The position numbers and the translations under genes are program-made. A model generated the notes under the pieces. The model did no database searches and was not told the DNA's origin. It saw only the letters and a list, made by a program, of their open reading frames with translations. A stretch of 64,000 nucleotides of DNA from Anaerolineae bacterium (GTDB lineage Bacteria > Chloroflexota > Anaerolineae > UBA1429): assembly GCA_963675785.1 (NCBI GenBank), contig OY776562.1:320001-384000 (forward strand). Direction: 5' to 3'. Shown here piece after piece: positions 31,833-41,100 of this stretch (positions are counted from its first letter, which is position 1; every line of letters begins with the position of its first letter).

Positions 31833-32057
31833 TCTGCGGCTCCTGTTTCTGATACCAACTGACAATCATCCGAGTTTTTTGGCGCCGTTGCCGCATTGAA
31901 CTGAACGCGGCGTTGATGCAGGACAAACATCCTGCGCCCAACGCCGCGCCCAGTTCACGTCTCTATGAACTACACGTTACCATAGTGTAGTTCCAGCCTG
32001 GCTTCATTAAGCACACTGCACATGAACGTTTTGGATCGAGTGTGCACCCTTAATAAG

Positions 32058-32092
32058 AAAGGCAGGTTCACAATAGACGTGAACCTGCCTTT
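32058..32092 (-). terminator. selD operon terminator
   Basis: AAAGGCAGGTTCAC/GTGAACCTGCCTTT. Confidence 0.75.
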
Positions 32093-32111
32093 GAATCCAA
32101 ACCGGTTATCC

Positions 32112-33161
32112 TTAGGGAATGACTCTGACGCCGCACCCTTTGTAAGCGCTACCTACCACCCAGAAAGATTGTCCTTCTTCATCAAGCGCTTTTGCAAGCG
32201 CATTGGCACGGTCAGGGGCTACAGCAATGAGCAAGCCTCCCGATGTTTCGGGTGTAAACAGCAGAGTGCGCATTTCCGCCGAGATGGATTCATCAAAAGT
32301 GACATGTTTTGTGTAAAAGTTCTCATTGCGGCAGGCCCCGCCGGGGAAGAGCATGTCGTCTGCATACTGAATGGCCCCTGAAATGAAAGGTAGCTTGGAG
32401 AACTCGAACTCCAAGCCGATATTGCCCTTTTCGGCCATCTCCCAGGAATGCCCCAGCAGGGCAAAGCCGGTGATATCGGTTACGGCGTGCACGCCAACTC
32501 TACGAATGGCCTGAGCAGCTTGTTTGTTCAGGCGTTTCATGCTTTCGGTGGCTTCGGCAATGTGTTCTTCGGCGGCCAGCTGGGCTTTGGCAGCCGTGTT
32601 GATAACACCCACGCCCAATGGTTTGGTGAGGAGAAGAATGTCGCCTGGTTTTGCGCCGCCCTTGGTAAATATCCTGTCGGGGTGAACTGTGCCCATCACT
32701 GATAGGCCATACTTGGGCTCTTTATCGTCAACGGTGTGTCCGCCAGCAAGAACGCCACCTGCTTCACGTACCTTTTCCCCGCCGCCCCTGAGGATTTCCG
32801 AGGCAACTTCTGTAGGCATATCTTTGGGGAAGCAGAACACGTTGAGCGCAAGCACGACCTCACCGCCCATTGCATAGATGTCACTTAGCGCATTGGCAGC
32901 AGCGATCGCGCCATAGTCATAAGGGTCATCTACTATGGGTGTGAAAAAGTCCAGCGTTTGAACGATGGCCAGCTCGTCACTGATTTTGTAGACGGCAGCA
33001 TCATCCGACACACGCAGCCCAACCAACAGGTTGGGGTAGTCTTCAGCTTGGAAAAGAGCTTGCAAGGGACGCAGTACCTGCGCCAGGGTCTCAGGACCCG
33101 TCTTGGCCGCTCAACCTGCTGCAGTTGTCATGGCGGTAAGGCGAATTCGCTTATCATCCAT
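32112..33161 (-). CDS. selD: selenide, water dikinase (selenophosphate synthetase), selenoprotein (349 aa, Sec17)
   Basis: ATG 33161 behind GGGGGAG gives MDDKRIRLTAMTTAAG-U-AAKTGP. TGA 33111-33113 is in frame with the track ORF (DDAAV, DFFTP, DITGFALLGH, ETSGGLL). Confidence 0.95.
33068..33099 (-). promoter_or_regulatory. SECIS region of selD (two hairpins)
   Basis: GGGUC-CUGA-GACCC and GGCGCAG-GUA-CUGCGUC downstream of the UGA. The second resembles the GCAGGUCUGC tip of the E. coli fdhF SECIS. Confidence 0.7.
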
Positions 33162-33201
33162 GTGTTCTCCCCCTTTCGAATACAGTGTTGCCCTGGTCAC
33201 C

Positions 33202-33423
33202 CTACAGATCGTGGATCCCCTCTATCTCTAGCTTTTGCTTGGTCAATTCTGCCAGCGCTCTCTCTTTATCATCCGTGGCAATGCTCACGCAAATGCCGCA
33301 TTCAGAGGAGAGTGTTCTGGGGACGGGTATCAAGCGACAAGGTATTCTTACTCGCGTGAGCAGATGTTCTGCCCGCACGGCATAATTCGTACCATATACC
33401 AAAATGACGGTCTGCTTGATCAT
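33202..33423 (-). CDS. DUF3343-like small protein (selenium/sulfur-associated)
   Basis: PVPRTLSSECG motif. Located between the desulfurase and selD. Confidence 0.8.
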   Translation of the reverse strand: MIKQTVILVYGTNYAVRAEHLLTRVRIPCRLIPVPRTLSSECGICVSIATDDKERALAELTKQKLEIEGIHDL

Positions 33424-34580
33424 CGCCTAGAGGCCTCCTGGGCAAGCGACCGCACGGCGTTCAGTGTTTCCAATATCTCTTGCTCTGTGGTTAGGGCGCT
33501 CATGCCCAAGCGGACTGTGCCCTCTGGGAAAGTACCCATGGTGTGATGTGCTGCTGGAGAACAATGTAGCCCGACACGGCAGGCGATGCCAAATTCCGTA
33601 TCAAGGCGTAACCCCACCTCTGAACAGGGCATGTTAACGATGTTGAACGACACGGTTGCCGTTTGGCATGTTGCATCATGCGTGCCATAGACCTGAATAT
33701 ATGGCATATCGTACAGGCCTTGGATGAGCAGTTGTGTGAGCTGCATTTCGTGAGCACGGATACTATCGATTCCCCTATCAAGCAGCCAGTCGATCCCTGC
33801 TACAAGCCCGGCTAGCCCCACCACATTGAGCGTGCCACTCTCGTACTTGTCGGGGCAACGGGTGGGCTGGAATTCCTCTTCTGATCGACTTCCCGTGCCG
33901 CCGCGTTTGAGCGGCTCAAATTCATCAATGTCAACACGAGGGCCAATAACGAGACCGCCAGTGCCCATAGGTCCGCATAGGGCTTTGTGGCCGGTAAAGG
34001 CGAGCAAATCAATGCTGCTGGTTTGCATATCGATGGGAACGGAGCCAGCAGTTTGGGCTGTATCGACCACAAAAAGAGCCTGGGTGCTGCGCACGATTTG
34101 ACCGATTTCGTCGATAGGCTGAATGGTGCCCACCACATTCGAAGCGTGATTGACGATGACGAGACGGGTGTTGGAGCGAATAGCCTGGCGAATGGCTTCA
34201 GAGGCGACGAGGCCTTCTGGCGTGCAAGGAACGACGGTCAGCTCTATGCCCTGGCTTTCCACATAGCGCAAAGGCCGCATGACGGCATTATGCTCCATGC
34301 CTGTTGTAACAACGTGATCCCCAGGCTTGAGCAGACCATGGATAGTCAAGTTCAAGGCCTCGGTAATATTGGCTCCAAAAACCACGCGCATGGGATCTGG
34401 GGCTCCAAAAACCCTGGCAATGCTCTCCCGTGTGCGGTAAATGAGGCGCCCCGACTCAATGGCGTTGTGATGTGCAGCACGCCCTGGATTGGCCCCGACG
34501 TTCTTGATAAACTCGCACATTGCCTCAGCTACGCCGGGAGGCTTGGGCCACATGGTTGCCGCGTTATCCAAATAGATCAA
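33420..34580 (-). CDS. cysteine desulfurase / selenocysteine lyase-like PLP enzyme
   Basis: YLDNAAT, HASNVVG, DTAQTAG, FTGHK and RVGLHC motifs. Start moved to TTG 34580, behind AGGAG. Confidence 0.9.
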   Translation of the reverse strand: MIYLDNAATMWPKPPGVAEAMCEFIKNVGANPGRAAHHNAIESGRLIYRTRESIARVFGAPDPMRVVFGANITEALNLTIHGLLKPGDHVVTTGMEHNAVMRPLRYVESQGIELTVVPCTPEGLVASEAIRQAIRSNTRLVIVNHASNVVGTIQPIDEIGQIVRSTQALFVVDTAQTAGSVPIDMQTSSIDLLAFTGHKALCGPMGTGGLVIGPRVDIDEFEPLKRGGTGSRSEEEFQPTRCPDKYESGTLNVVGLAGLVAGIDWLLDRGIDSIRAHEMQLTQLLIQGLYDMPYIQVYGTHDATCQTATVSFNIVNMPCSEVGLRLDTEFGIACRVGLHCSPAAHHTMGTFPEGTVRLGMSALTTEQEILETLNAVRSLAQEASRR

Positions 34581-34592
34581 GAAACTTCTCCT

Positions 34593-34645
34593 ATCGGGGC
34601 GAGCTCCTGGAGGAATTTTCCCCTCCTCCAGGAGCTCGCCCCCGA
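34593..34645. repeat. perfect 22-bp inverted repeat inside the selenium operon
   Basis: ATCGGGGCGAGCTCCTGGAGGA / TCCTCCAGGAGCTCGCCCCGAT with a 9-nt loop. Confidence 0.9.
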
Positions 34646-34648
34646 TCT

Positions 34649-34855
34649 CTACTTGCTGATAGTCAGTGCAAATCCATCGTTCTGTTCGATGGCAGAGACG
34701 ATGCAACCCTGTTTTTCAGCGATGCGGCGGACATTCTCTCGTGAAGTTACTGTATCGACGAGAACGACAAATGGAAACTCACCTTCATCAATCGCTTTGC
34801 GTGTAAGGATAACGGGTTGAGGGCAAGAGAGGCCCTGTGCATCTACCGTTTTCAT
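34649..34855 (-). CDS. TusA/SirA/YedF-like S/Se carrier protein
   Basis: MKTVDAQGLSCPQP motif. ATGA overlap with the yedE stop. Confidence 0.88.
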   Translation of the reverse strand: MKTVDAQGLSCPQPVILTRKAIDEGEFPFVVLVDTVTSRENVRRIAEKQGCIVSAIEQNDGFALTISK

Positions 34856-35982
34856 GCTTCTACCCTCCCGGGTTTTTCTCTCATTGTAAAACCAATAATC
34901 AGGCATATGGCAATGCCTACAAATACTGCGATCATGCCCCAAGTGGAGATGCCACCGACTTTGACTATGCCATCGACGACCGAGTCGGGCGAAGCAGCCA
35001 AGCTAAAGTTGTGCGCAAAAGCAGCGCCGGCGATCATTCCCAGTACAAAAGTAGCTGCATCGCTATCACCTTCACCCGAAAGGATGAGTTGCCGTCCTGG
35101 GCAACCGCCAGCCAGAGAAAATGCTAAACCAGCGAGTACCATGCCAGCAAAGTTCCAGAGCGTGTTGCTGTGAGCAATAGGCTGACCAGCAAAGCCGAGA
35201 TTGAACTGTCCGAGGATAAGGTTCATGAGGAACGCGACCACGACAAGGGATCCGAGACCACTGATAAGGTGCGTATCGCCCATGAGGATAACATCACGGA
35301 TGGATCCCATGGTGCAGAAACGGGTACGCTGGGCCAAAAAGCCAATGAGCAGACCAGCAGCAAGGGATATGGCGATAGGTGCGGCCATCGAGCCCGGCCC
35401 TGATTCGCTGGAAAAAATGGCACCGCCTTCGGAGAATTGCGGTTGCCAAATAGCCAGAATGAGCAGAAACACCATGATGGAAGGCATGATCCAGCCTACA
35501 GTGGCGCGTTGTGTATGCGCTCGCCCCAGAGTATAACCGTGCTTGAGGAACCACACGCCACCGGCAATGCCAACTGCTAGGCCGACAAGACCGACGATGG
35601 CGTTCATATCTCCGCCAGCCAGACGCAGCAGTGCTCGCCAGGGGCAGCCGAGAAAGACGAGGGCACCGATCATGGCCAGCATACCCAGGATAAAGCGGAT
35701 GATGGGGGCAGAACCACCGCGTGCTTTCCACTCTCTAAAGAGCAATGCGGCGATAACGGAGCCAAGAACAAAGCCCATAATCTCAGGGCGCAAGTATTGC
35801 ACAACACTGGCCCTGTGAAGTCCCAATGCTCCGGCGATATCGCGCTCAAAGCAAGCTACACAGATGCCCATATTGGGCGGATTGCCCCAGTACTGGAGTA
35901 GGGAAGCGAGAATGCCGATGACTGCACCGGCAACGATGATCCCCCATCGAGAGGCGAAAAAGCGAGTCAGTCGTTGGCGCAT
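34852..35982 (-). CDS. yedE: YedE/YeeE-family putative selenium transporter
   Basis: GNPPNMGICVACFERD, GCPWR, RFCTMG and GGCPGRQL motifs. Context with selD. Confidence 0.9.
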   Translation of the reverse strand: MRQRLTRFFASRWGIIVAGAVIGILASLLQYWGNPPNMGICVACFERDIAGALGLHRASVVQYLRPEIMGFVLGSVIAALLFREWKARGGSAPIIRFILGMLAMIGALVFLGCPWRALLRLAGGDMNAIVGLVGLAVGIAGGVWFLKHGYTLGRAHTQRATVGWIMPSIMVFLLILAIWQPQFSEGGAIFSSESGPGSMAAPIAISLAAGLLIGFLAQRTRFCTMGSIRDVILMGDTHLISGLGSLVVVAFLMNLILGQFNLGFAGQPIAHSNTLWNFAGMVLAGLAFSLAGGCPGRQLILSGEGDSDAATFVLGMIAGAAFAHNFSLAASPDSVVDGIVKVGGISTWGMIAVFVGIAICLIIGFTMREKPGRVEA

Positions 35983-35987
35983 GGGTT

Positions 35988-36069
35988 CCTCCTGTGCATG
36001 TTGGGCTGCGCTGGAATGACAGCCCGTTGTGCACGAGGAGACTATTTGAGCAGGGAAGGGTCATTCCAG
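35988..36069 (-). promoter_or_regulatory. alternative RBS-sequestering / anti-sequestering hairpins
   Basis: CUCCU(C)GUGCA pairs with UGCACAGGAG, covering the yedE RBS. CUGGAAUGAC (36060-36069) pairs with GUCAUUCCAG (36011-36020) in a mutually exclusive way. Confidence 0.7.
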
Positions 36070-36152
36070 AGGAGCCGTTTGATTTGGTGAGAGCAGAGAG
36101 TGCCGTCCGGCACCCGATTTTTCCGCTCTCAGATTCGATGTTGAATTGGCAT
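36042..36152 (-). CDS. candidate selenocysteine leader peptide MPIQHRI-U-ERKNRVPDGTLCSHQIKRLLWNDPSLLK
   Basis: AGGAGG at 36159-36164, ATG 36152, in-frame TGA 36129-36131, SECIS-like hairpin 36098-36115, TAG 36042-36044. Confidence 0.7.
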
Positions 36153-36207
36153 CACGATCCTCCTAGCGACATGTTGCCAGTATACTCCAAGTGTCAAGAG
36201 TCATAAA

Positions 36208-38130
36208 GGAAAGAAGAGGGGGGGGCAAGCTTACGCTTGCCCCCCCCTCGGTCATGCCAAGTTCTAGTAGTTACAAAAGATCAGGGGGAAAGCAATAGTC
36301 GTCGTCGGAGTTCGAAGGGGCTGGTAACTATAGTTACCAAAGGTAGCGCTGCCAGAATCACCATCCAGTAGCTCGACAGAGACAGAAGATTCAGTCGTGC
36401 AGGTCAGGCTACTAGGCGTGACCTCGACGATGCGATAGTTACCGGCACCCAGGCCAGCGATTCGCCAAGAGCCATCTGCGCCGGTCTTGGTGGTAGCCAC
36501 GAGATCTTCCTGGCCGGTTTCCGGATTAACAGCATAGACCTGGATTGTGAGGCCAGCGATACCGGCCTCATTCTGGTCCTGGGCACCGTTCTTGTTGCTA
36601 TCGTTAAAAGCCGTGCCCGAGAGAGAGCCAGGGAAAGAGCAGCCAAAGGAGACATCTGCGGCGATGCCGTCGGCGACAGAGATGTCCTGATAGAGGAGAT
36701 CACAGGTAACGCCGTCGGGGAAATCGGGCACGACGCGGTAGTCGCCGTCGGCCAGGCCGCCGAACTGATAGACACCGGCTGCGCTGGTGGTAGACGTGGT
36801 GATGAGCTCATCATCGCCAGTACCCAGGAGGCCATCAGAGCCAGGGCCATAGATACTGACAAGAATACCAGCCAGAGGAGTCTCGCCATAGTCAGGGAGA
36901 TCATCCTGATCGGCATCATCCCAGATAACGCCAGTGGTTTTGCAAGTCATGGTATCGCCAAAGTTAATGATACTGGGTGTTTTGGTGTTGACCGTAACCT
37001 CGACCTGGCCAGGAGTTGTGCTGACATGACCTTCAGGGTCGATCTCGACGAGAGCGAAACTGGCATAGCCCATGTTATCAAAGACATAGGTACCGAGTTC
37101 AAGCTGAGAGAAACTGTAGAAGCCGTCCTCGTCGGTAATACCTTCAACGAGAAGGAGATCAGCGTTGGGAGAGACGACCTCACTGCGGGCATAGACCTGG
37201 ATGAGGACACCGGCGATACCCTGTTCGGTAGCATCCTGGAGGCCATTGGCATTGGCGTCTTCAAAGACAGTACCAGCGATAGTACCGGTAGGCTGAGCGC
37301 CGACAGAGATAGAGCTGGCGCCGTCGCTACCGATATAGACATCGCGTGTGAGAGGCGATTCGCCGACATAGCCATCGGGATAGTCGATGATGATGCGATA
37401 GTAACCCTCGGGGAGATCACCGAGAGAGACATTGCCGTCCTCATCGGTGGTCAACTCGGTGATGAGGACATCGTCATCGGTACCGAGGATGCCGTCGGGA
37501 CCAGCGGAGATAACGGTGACGGAGGCTCCCGGGAGAGGCTCGTTGTCATCATTCGGCTTATCGCCGAGTTGAGGATCGATACAGGTATGGACATAGAGGG
37601 TGCCTGTTTTGAGATAGCCAAAGGCAGGCTGGGTCATAGATTGACCTTCGCTGATAGAGATTTGGCGTTGAGCGACACCGCTCATAGCGTAGCCATCGAC
37701 ATTGGCAGCGCAGACCATATAGCTACCGTCGGCAAGGCCGGTAAAGACATAGGCACCGTCGGCTTCGGTAGAGCCTGAGGCAACGACGACATCGTCAGCA
37801 GTACCAAAGCGGGCGTCGGCACCGGGTCTGAGGAGAGAAAGGGACACATCGGCCAGTGGGGAGCCGCTTTCCGCGTCCTGCCCCACATAGGCCTTGACGC
37901 GGAGCTGAGCGATGGACTGACAGCCAAAGTTCTTGGAGAGCACGTTACCGGCGATGACATTGACGGTAGCCGGGTTGGCGGTGGTCACGGTACTGCCAGT
38001 GGGAGCAGTGACCTGGATAAGATATGTGCCAGCGAGCAGATCTTCAAAGGCATAGGAGCCGTCGGCTGCAGTCGTGAGAGAACTCAAAGTAGCATCATCG
38101 GCTGTGTAGGCGATGCCGTCGGAGCCTAAA
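36208..38130. repeat. copy 1 of a ~1.9 kb near-identical repeat (3' end and terminator of giant gene)
   Basis: Matches 43547-45471 at an offset of about 7341 bp. The spurious ORFs in the track are also identical between copies. Confidence 0.95.
36216..36249 (-). terminator. terminator of giant gene 1
   Basis: GAGGGGGGGGCAAGC/GCTTGCCCCCCCCTC followed by a U-rich tract on the minus strand. Confidence 0.8.
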
Positions 38131-41100
38131 GAGACTAGCTTGACCGAAGCATTTGCTACAGCAGCTTCATCAGTCCCCAACTTGCCGTTTCCATTAGTGT
38201 CTGTATAGATCACACCACTGATATCGCCTGTGGTGGGAGCCGGCGTAGGAGTTGCTTGAGGCGGGACGGTGGGCACCGGTGTAACAGCAGGATTGGGCGT
38301 AGGTGTAGTAACGGCACGATTACTCTCGATAGAGAGGGTAACGGTACAAGTATCGGTGAGGCCGCCCAGATCGACGACGGTATAGGTAAAGGCGTCGTGA
38401 GTAGTGACGGCATAGCTAGCCGAGTAGGCGATGGTGTCGTCGTCTAGGAGAGAGACAGAGCCATAAGTAGAGTCGCCGACGGAAGCGATGGCGAGGTCAC
38501 CGACTTCGATATCTGTATCATTGGCGAGAACGTCGATGATGACCTGTTCACCAGCGCGCACCTCAGCTTCATCCTCCACGGCATCAGGTGAGTCGTTTAC
38601 GGCTATAACGGTCATGCTGATGGTATGGCTGTCACTCAAAGGAGTTCCCGTGCCAGAGTGCCCCAGATCATTTACATCAAGACTGATTGATTCAGGACCC
38701 TCATAGTTGAGATTTCCTTGATAGTAAAGTCCGCTATCGAGCAGAGCGTTGAGGTCTTGGAGACTATCTGTAATGGTTAGTGTACTAGCAGCGTCGATAT
38801 CATTTGTCCCAAGTGTTCCATGTTCTACACTGGCTACCAGTTCAAGATTCTCAGAACCCGAATCGACATCGCTCAATTGAATAGCCAAGGCATCCACGAG
38901 ATTGAGCGTTTCATCTTCATTGACTGAAGCATTTGCAGGAGCCGTGACGACAGGGCTATCGTTGATGGGTGTGATGCTGATGTTGATTGTGCCTGTTACG
39001 ACACCACCCCTACCGTCTGAGACGGTATACACCAATGCATCAGTCCCCGAATCGCCAGGAACAGGATAGTTTGTTGCAGGCGTGTAGACGACTGCTGTTT
39101 TGTCATTCGATACAGCGGCTACGCCATGTTGTGCTGTTGTGACAGAGATAATGATCAGTACTTCATCATCATCTACGTCGCTGTCATTGGACAGAGCAGA
39201 AAATGTATTGCCCACTGAGTCTTCATCAACGGTATAGTCGTCGTCGACCACAACCGGATCATCGTTCACTTCAGTGATAGTAATAGTCAGACTATATGGT
39301 GAAGCAGAGTCTCTACCGCCATTGCTGGTACCACCATCGTCCTTTAGAACGACAGCAACGCGTGTCGTACCATAGGCATTGAGTGCAGGTGTAAAGGTCA
39401 GTGTGCCATCGGCCGATACGGAGGGTTGTTCAGAGAACAGGGCAGTGTCTTCGGCAGTGGCTTCAAAGTGCAGCTCTTGATCGCTTTCATCACTGGGGCC
39501 GGTGGAGAGGTTCGTAGCCCAATTGGCGACGGTTTGAGCGGAAGCATCCTCCAACAGAGTCTGGTCTTCACCGGCATCAAAAGAAGGAGTATCGTTCACG
39601 GGTGTGATATTGATGGTAAAGGTAATAGCATCTGACTCGTCATCACCACCATTAGCAGTGCCGCCGTTATCAGAAAGTATCACTGTAACAGTAGCCGTGC
39701 CATTCATATTGGCTGCTGGCCGATAGGTGAGAGCACCAGTTGATGAGATGGCTGGCTGAGAGCTAAAGAGCGTCGAGTTATTGCTAGAGACCTCAAAGGA
39801 GACGCTTTGGCCACTCTCATCACTGGGACCGGCGGAGAGGTTAGTAGCCCAATTGGCGACGGTTTGAGCGGAAACATCCTCCAACACGGTCTGGTTTGCG
39901 CCAGGGGTGAAGGACGGCGTATCGTTCACGGGTGTGACATTGATGGTAAAGGTAATAGCATCTGTCTCGTCATCACCACCGTTGGCAGTGCCACCGTTGT
40001 CAGAGAGAGTAACAGTAACAGTGGCCGTCCCATTCATGTTAGCAGCAGGCGTAAAGGTGAGCGTGCCGTTGGAAGAAATAGCAGGCTGAGAGCTAAAGAG
40101 TGCCGAGTTATTGCTAGAGACCTCAAAGGAGACGCTTTGGTCACTCTCATCACTGGGGCCGGTGGAGAGGTTCGTAGCCCAATTGGCGACGGTTTGAGCG
40201 GAAGCATCCTCCAACACGGTCTGGTTTGCACCAAGGGTGAAAGAAGGCGTATCGTTCACGGCTGTGACATTGATGGTAAAGGTAATAGCATCTGCCTCGT
40301 CATCACCACCGTTGGCGGTGCCACCGTTGTCAGAGAGAGTAACAGTAACAGTGGCCGTGCCATTCATATTGGCTGCTGGCCGATAGGTGAGCGCACCAGT
40401 TGATGAGATGGCTGGCTGGACGCTAAAGAGTGTCGTGTTGTCATTGGATACGACAAAGGAAACCGTTTGGCCGCTCTCGTCACTGGGGCCTTTGGAGATA
40501 TCTGTGGCCCAGGTAACAGATTGTGAGACTGCATCTTCTAGCACCGTCTGGTTAGCGCCTGGCGTGAAAGAGGGCTCGTCGTTGACTGCGGTTACAATAA
40601 TAGACCATGTTGCTGGTGCACTCCACAATTCGCCATCATAGAGCGAAAAGGTAAAGGAGGTAGAGCCATTCCAGTCTACATCAGGAGCCAGTCGGACATC
40701 GTCAAAATCGGTGTAGGCATAAGCTTGGGATTCATCAACAGCCTCATCATTTCCAAACAAAAGACGGGCGTTAGCGGGCAAGGTGTCGATACGTACAGAG
40801 ACGAGGGCATCTCCGCTATCTGGATCGGAAAAGACGCCGGTGAAATCGCTGCCAGCCAGACCGAAGAAGGTATCCTCCAGTGTTGTTTTTGAAATGCCGG
40901 ACGCGGAGGGTTGCTCGTTGGCATCTATGATGCTGATTGTGAACGTGTGATCATAGTAGAGCCCGCCAGCATCGGTGGAACGCACAGTCACCGAGTAGCT
41001 GTTGTCAGCTTCGTAGTTGAATACAGTTGCTGCTTTTAACGAGTTTCCAGAGATGCTAAAGGCAGAGGTGTCGCCGCCAACTATTGAGTAAGTGAAGCTA

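Noticed and set aside
36181-36199. TTGACA 7 nt from TATACT as a new promoter geometry (similar spacing near 19819-19837 and 63850-63868)
   Set aside because: There are too few cases, and the 63.8 kb example also has a TTGACA at normal spacing. TATACT is still a plausible -10 for the Sec leader.
35994-36206. 70-aa plus-strand ORF in the yedE upstream region
   Set aside because: It has no RBS or recognisable motif and is antisense to the better-supported minus-strand leader.
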